A stretch of 64,000 bases of DNA from Patescibacteria group bacterium. Its GTDB lineage: Bacteria > Patescibacteriota > Patescibacteriia > 2-01-FULL-39-33. Location: the NCBI GenBank assembly GCA_041650895.1, contig JBAZKF010000001.1, forward strand, positions 273,685-337,684, written 5' to 3'. The stretch's first letter is position 1. The number at the start of each line of letters is the position of its first letter. Below, piece after piece: positions 1 to 8,152 of this stretch. The notes under the pieces are model-generated. The model was given only the letters and a program-made list of their open reading frames with translations, was not told where the DNA came from and did not search any database. Position numbers and translations under genes: made by a program.

Positions 1-25
1 CGTAAGCACATTTAGGAAACAAACA

Positions 26-62
26 ACGCCGAGAACAAGGAAGTCCTCGGCGTTTTCATTTT
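26..62 (+). terminator. Rho-independent terminator-like hairpin (gccgag...ctcggc) followed by a T-run, probably terminating a gene upstream of the window
   Basis: GC stem 'cgccgag/ctcggcg' followed by 'ttttcatttt', read directly from the sequence. Confidence 0.4.
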
Positions 63-132
63 GTTAAAATTCCATAAAACCACCATTGTGAAATAGTGGT
101 TTTGGTAGGATTTGGTAGTTTTTCGTTGTTTT

Positions 133-699
133 CTATCGATCCAGATTGATTAAAATGTTGCCACCGCCGAACATACTGCCGTTATACTGGAATTGCAGGC
201 CGGTAGCTGTCTTTGGTACTTCGAAGCCAACCCATCCTGTGCGCTTGCTGTTGGCCAGAATTTGGCCGTCTAAGCCGAAGCCGGGGTTCTCCATGGCTTT
301 ATTGGTCACTGCCACCTGATAGCTGTTTTTATCACCGTCTCGGATAAACATCTGGCCGAGAGTGCTAACGCCTTGGCCGGTAGAGCCGGTATTCTCGATG
401 GTGATATTCAGATTAAGCCATTCGTTGCCAGCGGTGGGTTTGCTGTATTGGCCGCCTTGGGAGTATTCGACTTTATTGATAGTTACTATTGAGCTGCCCA
501 TCTTAACCTGATCTCCTACTTTGAATACTTCGTCTTGTTTGGCCGCCGTATTCTGGCTGCCTGAGTTATTAGTATTGCCCACTTTTTGCGGTTTGTTACC
601 GCTGGAGGCGATGGCGATAAATAGTATAATTACTACGATCAGCCAGAACCACCAGCGCTTATAAAACTTTTTCTTTGTTTTTTGATCTTTGTTTTCCAT
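133..699 (-). CDS. Membrane-anchored DUF4352-like beta-sandwich protein
   Basis: N-terminal KK-rich segment plus one TM helix (WWFWLIVVIILFIAIA), an Asn/Ser-rich linker, then a beta-rich domain with DUF4352-type pattern (VGDQVKMG..IVTINKVEY, LNLNITIENTG, FIRDGDKNSYQ). Confidence 0.55.
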   Translation of the reverse strand: MENKDQKTKKKFYKRWWFWLIVVIILFIAIASSGNKPQKVGNTNNSGSQNTAAKQDEVFKVGDQVKMGSSIVTINKVEYSQGGQYSKPTAGNEWLNLNITIENTGSTGQGVSTLGQMFIRDGDKNSYQVAVTNKAMENPGFGLDGQILANSKRTGWVGFEVPKTATGLQFQYNGSMFGGGNILINLDR

Positions 700-954
700 A
701 TTTTGCTATTGTTTATTTATAAGTTGAGTAGCTGGAGGTTTCGACTTTAGGTTTTTCAAATAAAAAACCCACCACCAGTTAGGGTCTTGCGACCCATATA
801 CGAGTTTCCCCGTATAACGCAACGAAGCGACCCTGATGATGGGGTCTTTATTTTCGTTGCGATTTTTGACCATGCCACTGGCCGAGGCCGGGGTTTAGGT
901 CTATTAGCTAAATTGTACTATTATCCTATCATTTTTTTCTAATTTTTGGAAGTC

Positions 955-1410
955 CTAAGGTTGGTTTTTAGCCATCAGGTCGGCAAGCGTTATATTTTGG
1001 CTTACATTCTGATTATATCCATATGGCTTTCCGCCGCGCATATAGTCCGGGTGGCGATGGCTCAGCCAAAAGCGGATTGACGGGCCGTCACCTTGAAAGG
1101 CCTTAACTAATAACAACTCTTCAACAAAATCCAGAATATAGCTTTGTACGCGCTCGATTTTGTTTTTGAATGTCACATCTTCGCGAAGCCATCGATAGTA
1201 GGTATCTCGGCTAATGCCGACATGCTGTGAGACGAGAGTGACGCTTGATCCGCCTGAACGCTCAAAAATCGTCAAAAATCGCTCTTTGGCCTGCCGCGTG
1301 CTTTCACGTTCGATTCTTGTTGTAACTTCGCTCATAGGGGCAACAGTGGCCCCAAGCGCCTCAATTTTTACCGGAAAACCCAGTAAATTGTCAGATTTGT
1401 CGGATTGCAT
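955..1410 (-). CDS. HTH DNA-binding protein (phage terminase-small-subunit-like or IS3 OrfA-like HTH)
   Basis: Motif 'SQHVGISRDTYYRWLRED' resembles HTH_Tnp/HTH_23-type helix-turn-helix ('..NTLYRWVKE' pattern); short C-terminal extension. Confidence 0.5.
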   Translation of the reverse strand: MQSDKSDNLLGFPVKIEALGATVAPMSEVTTRIERESTRQAKERFLTIFERSGGSSVTLVSQHVGISRDTYYRWLREDVTFKNKIERVQSYILDFVEELLLVKAFQGDGPSIRFWLSHRHPDYMRGGKPYGYNQNVSQNITLADLMAKNQP

Positions 1411-1513
1411 GAAAAATTTTAACCTATTTTATTATATTATCCCAAGGATTTTGACTTTTGACAACTAATACTGTGGGTAGTAGAATTAAGCCAAGAAATA
1501 CTGAGTAATATTT

Positions 1514-3595
1514 TTGATTAGGAATAAATCGATTATTATGAAATTAAATGGTACAAAAAAAGTTGAGTTAGAAAATTCAATTGGTCGACATTTTATCGGA
1601 TACACTCTGAATGCGAATGCTCCTCAAGGACAAAATTGTTTTTCCTGCAATTACGTGCTTGAAAAAGATTATCGAAAATTTTTATTAAAGATACTCTTGA
1701 AAAATAAAATCAAAGGTCAGGTTAATAAGGAGCAAGCACTTGCAGAGGTGTCAATTTACAAAACAGTAAGCAGTCCATATGTTTTGTCATTAGTTGATAC
1801 CAAAGAAGACGAAAATTATATTTTTTTATTATTTCCTCTATTAGAGGGAGGGAATCTCGCCGAATATATTAAATCATCGCCGCTAAGTGAAAATAATATT
1901 ATTGAAATTGGGGTCAGTATATTGCGAGGGATAGCTGATCTATGGCGGAAAAATATAGTTCATCAGGATCTCAAGCCGGAAAATATATTCATTCAATTAG
2001 ATGGCTCCGTAAAAATTCTTGATTTTGGATCTGCGCGATTTCAGATAAGTCCATTTCGCGGAGAAGCGCGAAGAAATTTTGCGTATTCATCTCCCGAACA
2101 GATTTTAGCGAGCAGGCCGGGTAATGCTGAACTTTTGCGCATGACTATTGATGATCGCATTGATGTATATGCAGTTGGCTTAATATTATATCGCTTGATT
2201 GAAGGTCGACATCCTTTTGAGGGCAGTGATTTCCCGGCTGAAGCCATTTTCGCTGGTAATGTGTTGCCGCCACTTAATAATGAGGGTGTATCTGATGGTT
2301 TGAAAAAAGTAGTTATGAGAATGTTAGATTCAAATCAACTAAATAGACCAAATGCACAGATCGCAATCAGTTATCTCGAAATGAAAAATGTAGTACCGCC
2401 AGAATTACAAAATGGTGGATTTTATTATTGTGCTATTAACGGGACGAATCGATTTATAAAAATGAAAGATCAAATGCCGGGATTGTTTGACGGAGTTGTT
2501 GTGGAAGCATCTCAGGTTCCTAAGGACGAGGCAAAAAGAATTAAAATTAGATATGGATTAAAAACGGTTTTAATTGATCCGCAAGCATATTTATTTCAAT
2601 TTCCGAAGCATCAGTCTAAAAAGTTTAAGGGACTATCTTATTATGAACATAAAAATTTATTTAGTGACATGCCACTACTTCTACAAAAAATTAAGGAAAG
2701 GGGCGGCGATATTATAAATTTTTTGAATGAAATAGTCGGACATCAACTTAATGCAGGAGCTACTGCAATTATCCCACCATTTTTATACATTGATGAGTTT
2801 AATAACGACGCATGGAGTATAGATCAAGAAATTACGTATCTGGCACTTGATATTCTTTCCAATTATCGGAATGTCAAGCCTTTTGTAAAGGGTGTCGCTA
2901 TGTCACAAGAAATTTTAACAAGTGACCGCTCACGCAATAAAATTTTAGAATATTTAACCTCGTTAAGTGATAGGGTTGAGGGGTATATTATTTTATTAGA
3001 TTCATCGCACTCTACCGTTGTGTCTGACGAACCGTGGCTTAAGGGAGCACAGGATTTATTCACAAAACTATTAAGTACTGGAAAATATGTTATTTGGAGC
3101 AAGGCTGATTTCTCTGGCATCGCTCTTGCTCCACTCGGGGTTAGTATAGCTACAGGAGAAATGCTAAAACAAAGACGCTTCAATGTTATTGAAGACAAGC
3201 AATCTCAAGCGCGTAAAGTACCTTGTTTTTATTTACCAGCAATGTTTGCGAGAGCGACATGGCCAGAAGCATTGAACATTCTTTCTGAGTATGAAAAATT
3301 TAATGATTTAGTGTGCCAAGATGCTTGTTGTTCGGCAGTAGATTTTTCTTCGCCGGCATACAGAAAGGAAGGCGATCTTGCGGGACACATGATGTTAGCC
3401 GTAGGCAAACAGTACGGCAGATATAAGGGTGGAAGTGGAAAAGTTGTTTTAGTTGAAGATATTAAAAAAGCGAAACAACATTATGAATCGCTAAAAAATC
3501 ATAGTAATTTACTCGTCAGAGAAGGTTTGAGAAAAAATATTAAGCCATCGTCCAGCTTATTTTTAGATAGCTGGTTGAATACTTTGAATAGATAA
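1514..3595 (+). CDS. Eukaryotic-like Ser/Thr protein kinase (about aa 20-295) fused to a roughly 400-aa alpha/beta C-terminal domain of unknown function, possibly TGT/DpdA-like with a Cys cluster
   Basis: Kinase motifs present: beta3 Lys (LLKILLK), alphaC Glu, catalytic loop 'HQDLKPENIF', 'DFGSAR', 'SPE', and 'DVYAVGLILYRLIEGRHPF'. C-terminal part shows alternating beta/alpha pattern (LIDPQAYLFQ, IIPPFLYIDE, YIILLDSSHS, YVIWSKADFSG) and 'CQDACCSAVDFSSPAYR...H'. Confidence 0.75.
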   Translation: MIRNKSIIMKLNGTKKVELENSIGRHFIGYTLNANAPQGQNCFSCNYVLEKDYRKFLLKILLKNKIKGQVNKEQALAEVSIYKTVSSPYVLSLVDTKEDENYIFLLFPLLEGGNLAEYIKSSPLSENNIIEIGVSILRGIADLWRKNIVHQDLKPENIFIQLDGSVKILDFGSARFQISPFRGEARRNFAYSSPEQILASRPGNAELLRMTIDDRIDVYAVGLILYRLIEGRHPFEGSDFPAEAIFAGNVLPPLNNEGVSDGLKKVVMRMLDSNQLNRPNAQIAISYLEMKNVVPPELQNGGFYYCAINGTNRFIKMKDQMPGLFDGVVVEASQVPKDEAKRIKIRYGLKTVLIDPQAYLFQFPKHQSKKFKGLSYYEHKNLFSDMPLLLQKIKERGGDIINFLNEIVGHQLNAGATAIIPPFLYIDEFNNDAWSIDQEITYLALDILSNYRNVKPFVKGVAMSQEILTSDRSRNKILEYLTSLSDRVEGYIILLDSSHSTVVSDEPWLKGAQDLFTKLLSTGKYVIWSKADFSGIALAPLGVSIATGEMLKQRRFNVIEDKQSQARKVPCFYLPAMFARATWPEALNILSEYEKFNDLVCQDACCSAVDFSSPAYRKEGDLAGHMMLAVGKQYGRYKGGSGKVVLVEDIKKAKQHYESLKNHSNLLVREGLRKNIKPSSSLFLDSWLNTLNR

Positions 3596-4063
3596 TGATC
3601 TTCGCCAAATTTTTTCTCGCAAATTAACTTCGTAAACTTTATTGCTACTAAAATTATTTGATGTCGGATGGTGTAAAACTTTTATTGTGTTTTCATCAAA
3701 AACAATTAAACCTACGTTATGTTTTTTGAATAAACTAATGTCAGCATTTTTCGCATAATCTTTATATAATGCAAGATAACTTTTTTCGGCAAATGAACAG
3801 TACCTCCATGCTTGATATAATCCCTGTTTCCAATCAGATATTTTAACTTCAATAGCAATAAATTTAGTTTGTTTTGTATTAAAGTCGTTCTGCACCATTT
3901 TTTGTGGAAAAGACGAGATTAAAATATCGGCAATAAATGAATTATTGCCAACCTCACGCCTCATCTCAATGTTTTTTCCCCTTCTCGAACGTATAATTTT
4001 TGTAATGCCACCCTCTTGCAGTGTTTTTATTAACTGCGATGTTAGTACGTATTCACGTAACAT
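3563..4063 (-). CDS. PD-(D/E)XK (restriction-endonuclease-fold) nuclease-like protein
   Basis: Core motifs 'FIADILIS' (Asp) ... 'FIAIEVKIS' (E-x-K) with spacing typical of PD-(D/E)XK. Converges on the kinase gene and overlaps its 3' end by 33 nt. Confidence 0.45.
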   Translation of the reverse strand: MLREYVLTSQLIKTLQEGGITKIIRSRRGKNIEMRREVGNNSFIADILISSFPQKMVQNDFNTKQTKFIAIEVKISDWKQGLYQAWRYCSFAEKSYLALYKDYAKNADISLFKKHNVGLIVFDENTIKVLHHPTSNNFSSNKVYEVNLREKIWRRSLSIQSIQPAI

Positions 4064-4199
4064 ATATATTGTTTATTTTATTATATCATTTTTTTTGACG
4101 CAGGTAAAAAGATGTTTTCCACAATTAAAATTTCCCTTGAATATGGCGAATTTATTGACTATATATACGTTTTCACCTCGTACAGAATGCGGAACTCTT

Positions 4200-5102
4200 T
4201 TACAAATCAATTAGTGGATGCTTGGTTATTTGTGCCCTCAGGTGCTCGATATTGGCCGCCAAGTATATCGTCGTGGTCTTAATGTCGCTATGGCCCATCA
4301 TCTTTGCCAGTGAATAAATATCACAGCCGCCCTCCAGCATCAGTGTGGCAAACGTATGGCGTAGCTTGTGAATGGTGAAATTAATGCCTGAGGCCTCCTT
4401 GATACGGTCGACCAATCTCTTGAGGCCACTGGCCGTAAACCCGCCGTTTATAAACAGCGAGGTGAAAAATTCCGGGCAGGTTTTGTTCAGTTTTCGCCGC
4501 TCTGCGAGATACTTGTTTAATGTCTCCGCTAATTTGTAATTGATCGGCACCACCCTGTCCTTACTCCCCTTGCCCTGTCGGATAAATATCGACAAGTTCT
4601 CGATATCCACGTCAGTGAACTTCAGGTTTAGCAACTCCTTTTTTCGCAAGCCGGCCATAATAAACGTCGAGAAAATCGCATAATTGCGGTAACGCAGGAA
4701 TTTTTCCTTGTAAGGATAGTTATCTATCACTTCGAGAATTTTCATTGCTTCTTGCTTGGTCAGCTTCGGTGGCAATCGTTTTTCCAATTTCGGCGTCTCG
4801 ATGTCATCAATCGGATTGCCGGTCATATACCCCTCTTTGACGCACCAGCGGAAGAACACGGCCAGCGACTTGTGATAGCAGATGAAAGTGTTAGTCGTCC
4901 ATTTCTGCTGGGTACGGCCGTGATAAAACAAATTACGGACGTTTTCCTGACTGACCTGCTCAATATCCGTAATGTCGGATAATCTGGCGTAATAGTTGAT
5001 CACCTGCCGGTAGCGCTTGATCGTCGGCTGGGAAAACCCCTTGATGAACTTTGAATAATCAAAGAACTTTTGCGATAAAATTTGTATAGTCATAAAAAAC
5101 AC
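4200..5102 (-). CDS. Tyrosine site-specific recombinase / phage-type integrase
   Basis: C-terminal catalytic signature 'HKLRHTFATLMLEGGCDIYSLAKMMGHSDIKTTTIYL' (R..H-x-x-R...Y), N-terminal SAM-like core-binding domain. Immediately adjacent to the tRNA 3' end. Confidence 0.9.
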   Translation of the reverse strand: MFFMTIQILSQKFFDYSKFIKGFSQPTIKRYRQVINYYARLSDITDIEQVSQENVRNLFYHGRTQQKWTTNTFICYHKSLAVFFRWCVKEGYMTGNPIDDIETPKLEKRLPPKLTKQEAMKILEVIDNYPYKEKFLRYRNYAIFSTFIMAGLRKKELLNLKFTDVDIENLSIFIRQGKGSKDRVVPINYKLAETLNKYLAERRKLNKTCPEFFTSLFINGGFTASGLKRLVDRIKEASGINFTIHKLRHTFATLMLEGGCDIYSLAKMMGHSDIKTTTIYLAANIEHLRAQITKHPLIDL

Positions 5103-5133
5103 TGCGGTTTTATTGCAGTGTTTTCCATATTTG

Positions 5134-5397
5134 AGCCGTTGTGCGGATTCGAACCGCAGACCTACTCCTTCACTTATACCTCCATTTCAAAATTATATTG
5201 GAGGGTTAGACTGTATATCAAGCGTGGCAAATTATGCTTTAGCTTCCCTTGTCAGTCGTTCGGGCGATCGCTCGCCACGGTCTTAACCATTTCTGGCCTT
5301 TAACCGTAATTCGGGATTCAACGATTAGTTTCCTAATCGAGGGGCAAAACCTGTTCGGTTCACCATGGAGTTGCTCTACCAACTGAGCTACAACGGC
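5134..5397 (-). tRNA. tRNA-Thr (anticodon GGU) interrupted by an intervening sequence of about 191 nt in the anticodon loop (possible group I intron). Exons about 5360-5397 and 5134-5168
   Basis: Minus-strand 5' exon GCCGTTG-TA-GCTC-AGTTGGTA-GAGC-A-ACTCC-ATGGTGA. 3' exon GGAGT-AGGTC-TGCGG-TTCGAAT-CCGCA-CAACGGC-T. Anticodon stem ACTCC/GGAGT and acceptor GCCGTTG/CAACGGC pair perfectly only when the two halves are joined. CCA is not encoded. Confidence 0.6.
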
Positions 5398-5526
5398 ATT
5401 AAATTTTATAAAACAATTTTATCGGGACGACCCATTTACGGCCGATTGATGACGGCAAAAAATGGATTTACCGCAGTAATTCTGCGGTAAAGGGCAATTC
5501 TCTGGCAGCAAACCTCGGCGGATTTG

Positions 5527-5564
5527 TTACCATGGATGCGCTCTACCAACTGAGCTACAACGGC
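5527..5564 (-). pseudogene. Orphan tRNA 5' half (acceptor + D-arm + anticodon stem-loop, anticodon GGU) with no matching 3' half
   Basis: GCCGTTGTAGCTCAGTTGGTAGAGC-G-CATCC-ATGGTAA matches the acceptor/D-arm of the neighbouring tRNA-Thr. The required GGATG, T-arm and CAACGGC are absent in the following 130 nt. Confidence 0.4.
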
Positions 5565-5594
5565 AAAAACAACAAAACTATTTTAACACACCTC

Positions 5595-6461
5595 TTACAT
5601 TTTTTCAAGCGCCTCTTTAAATCTGGCCAATTTGGCATTTTCCGGGTTAATTTCCTTCAACTGGCGATAGGTTTTCTTGGCTAATCCCTTGTCTTTAACT
5701 ATAATAGCCAAATCAATAACCTTATCAAGATATTTTGGATTATTTGGTTCAATGGCATTAGCTTTCAGATAATTATCCAAGGACTTGTCAATCTTACCCA
5801 AAATTTCATACACCTTGCCCAGGTCGTCATAATAACCGGCGATCTCCACATCCACATTAATCGTCTCCAACATAGCCGTTTCCGTATCCTCTAATTTTTC
5901 TTTTTGCAACGGTTCGGCCGTATTATTTTTCCGATACTTAAGCGACTTAAGCCTGATCAAATATTTAATCACCTCAGCCGCCTGTTCATAGTTTTTACCG
6001 TTCCGATATACCTCGGATAGCAATTCATAGGCGCGGATATTTTTCTTATCGCGAGAAATAACTTCAATCAAATCCCTTTCTGCGGCCGCCAAATCATCCT
6101 TAGACAACAACTGCTCCGCTTCCGCGAATAAATCGTTAATGCTTTTAGTTTTGGCTTCTTCCACTTCGCCGCGACGCTGATATTTTTTCTCTAATGTCTG
6201 CACCTGTTCCTGTAACCTGTTTTTTAATCCGCCGACGCCGGCCTTAATTGGCGACATTACTTTATCCAAGCGTTGGCGCGTCTTATCGCTTTGACGCAAA
6301 AACTTTGACTCCAAAATTTTAGCTTTGGTGTCAACATGTTTTTCCTTGGGAATGGAACTGATATCCAAAATCTTCAACTCCGGCAAATGCCGCCAAATAA
6401 TGCGAGCCAGCAGGATCAAGGAGATTATTAAAATTATTAGAACTGAAACGTTTAACAACAT
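5595..6461 (-). CDS. Membrane-anchored TPR-repeat protein
   Basis: N-terminal TM helix (VLIILIISLILLARII), charged coiled region, then TPR-like helical repeats (AYELLSEVYRNGKNYEQAAEVIKYLI; LGKVYEILGKIDKSLDNYLKANAIEPNN). Confidence 0.55.
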   Translation of the reverse strand: MLLNVSVLIILIISLILLARIIWRHLPELKILDISSIPKEKHVDTKAKILESKFLRQSDKTRQRLDKVMSPIKAGVGGLKNRLQEQVQTLEKKYQRRGEVEEAKTKSINDLFAEAEQLLSKDDLAAAERDLIEVISRDKKNIRAYELLSEVYRNGKNYEQAAEVIKYLIRLKSLKYRKNNTAEPLQKEKLEDTETAMLETINVDVEIAGYYDDLGKVYEILGKIDKSLDNYLKANAIEPNNPKYLDKVIDLAIIVKDKGLAKKTYRQLKEINPENAKLARFKEALEKM

Positions 6462-6516
6462 AAAAATTTATTGGAAATCACTCGAATACCCTCGACGGAT
6501 AACAGTAGAGCCAACT

Positions 6517-7383
6517 TCATCGCCCGCTACCGAATAATTTAATTAAGCGTTCCGTTTCGGCGGCAACGGCGTCAATTGACGGTTTTAGAATTTGACGCGG
6601 ATCATAATGATTTTTTGGCGTGTCTTTGATTGTTCGCCTTAACTCTTGAGTGAAAGCGCGACGCAAATCCGTATCAATATTGACGATCCGGACGCCGAAT
6701 TTAGCGGCTGAGCGCAAGTCGCCATCAGCCAAACCGGAAGCGCCATGAAGCACTAACGGCGTCTGCGGAATCTCCTGCTGGATTTTCTTCAGCCGAGGAA
6801 AATCAATCTTTTCTTTACCCCGGTAATAGCCGTGCATAGTACCGACAGAAACCGCCAAGGTATCCACGCCGGTACGGCGGATAAACTCCTTCACCTTAGC
6901 CGGATCGGTCATATAGGTGTTGGGATCCTTGGGCACATTCTTAAGTACCGTACCTTCTTTGCCCAGCATTGCTCCCAACTCAGCCTGCGCCCAAACGCCA
7001 TGGCTATGGGCAAAAACCGCCGCTTTCTTGGTTAAAGCGACATTCTGCTCAAATGGTAAATCCGAACCGTCAATGTGGACGGAAGAAAATCCCGCTTTAA
7101 CACAATCGACTACAACTTTAAAACTATGACCATGATCCAAGTGAATAGCAATGGGTATTCTCTTGCCATCGGTGGTAGCAATAATCTTAATCAATTCCGT
7201 GATATTGGTCAAGCCGGCATATTTAATGGCGCTTTCCGAAACTTGAACGATCACTGGAGACTTTCGCGCCACCGCGCCGCGGATAATACCCAGTGTTACT
7301 TCTAAATTAGAGGTGTTAAAAGCGCCCAAGGCATATTTGCCTTGTTGCGCACCGTTAATAATTTTTTTGATATGAACTATCAT
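6517..7383 (-). CDS. fba: Class II fructose-bisphosphate aldolase
   Basis: Motifs 'IAIHLDHGHS', 'HGASG', and an N-terminal 'YALGAFN' typical of FbaA/TBP aldolase class II. Confidence 0.9.
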   Translation of the reverse strand: MIVHIKKIINGAQQGKYALGAFNTSNLEVTLGIIRGAVARKSPVIVQVSESAIKYAGLTNITELIKIIATTDGKRIPIAIHLDHGHSFKVVVDCVKAGFSSVHIDGSDLPFEQNVALTKKAAVFAHSHGVWAQAELGAMLGKEGTVLKNVPKDPNTYMTDPAKVKEFIRRTGVDTLAVSVGTMHGYYRGKEKIDFPRLKKIQQEIPQTPLVLHGASGLADGDLRSAAKFGVRIVNIDTDLRRAFTQELRRTIKDTPKNHYDPRQILKPSIDAVAAETERLIKLFGSGR

Positions 7384-7389
7384 AAATTT

Positions 7390-8148
7390 TTAACAAATTT
7401 TTATTATAGAAGAAAACTCCTTTATTTTCAAACTCGCTCCACCAACTAAGAAGCCGGCGAAATGATCCAATGGCACAAAATCTCCGGCGTTGGACGAATC
7501 CACTGAACCGCCGTAAATAATGCGGACATTGGACTTGGCGATAGCCATCGGCATATTGTCAATAATCTGCTGCCAAATAATACGAAAAGCCTCTTCAGCC
7601 TCGGCCGGTTCAATCGCCTGGCCCAAACCTATAACCCAAACCGGTTCATAAGCAACCACCAGATGCTCGCTAGCCAGAAAATCAACGCCTTGCAAAGCGG
7701 ACTGAACTTGGCGCAACAAGACATTACCGGTCTGCCCTTCGCGACGCTCCTCATAAGTTTCCCCCACGCACAAAATCGGTGTTAACCCGGCTGAGAGAGC
7801 GGCCTTAAGCTTGAGATGGACCATTTCATCAGTCTCACCTAAATTCTGCCGCCTTTCCGAATGGCCGACAATAGCATAACGGCAACCGGCTTCACGCAAA
7901 AATCTGGGCGATTCGCAACCCGTAAAAGACCCCCGGTCCTCCCAAAAAATATCCTGGGCGCTCAAAGCTATTTCTTCTTTTTTAACCGTTTCCGCTACTA
8001 AAGTCAAAGCGGAGATAGACGGTGCCAAAACCACGTCCCTTTCTTCCAGCACATCATTGTTCAAAGCCTTAGCCAAATCATGAGCCAACTCGGCCGAAGC
8101 AATCGGACTTAGATTCATTTTCCAATTGGCAATGATTATTTTACGCAT
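7390..8148 (-). CDS. tpiA: Triosephosphate isomerase
   Basis: 'IIANWKMN', 'IVGHSERR', 'AYEPVWVIG', 'IYGGSV' signature motifs. Confidence 0.92.
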   Translation of the reverse strand: MRKIIIANWKMNLSPIASAELAHDLAKALNNDVLEERDVVLAPSISALTLVAETVKKEEIALSAQDIFWEDRGSFTGCESPRFLREAGCRYAIVGHSERRQNLGETDEMVHLKLKAALSAGLTPILCVGETYEERREGQTGNVLLRQVQSALQGVDFLASEHLVVAYEPVWVIGLGQAIEPAEAEEAFRIIWQQIIDNMPMAIAKSNVRIIYGGSVDSSNAGDFVPLDHFAGFLVGGASLKIKEFSSIIKIC

Positions 8149-8152
8149 ATGT

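Larger units (their letters stand above)
700..5133. mobile_element. Putative integrative island next to tRNA-Thr (HTH protein, kinase-fusion protein, PD-(D/E)XK nuclease, tyrosine integrase). The left boundary is not defined
   Basis: Tyrosine integrase start codon about 30 bp from the tRNA 3' end; cargo genes are non-housekeeping; an orphan duplicated tRNA 5' fragment lies nearby. No flanking direct repeat of the tRNA 3' end was found by eye. Confidence 0.45.

Noticed and set aside
5169-5359. Possibility that the tRNA halves are two independent decayed tRNA fragments rather than exons
   Set aside because: Anticodon stem and acceptor stem strands are perfectly complementary across the two pieces and together give exactly 73 nt, which is unlikely by chance; retained as an intron-containing tRNA, though splicing is unverified.
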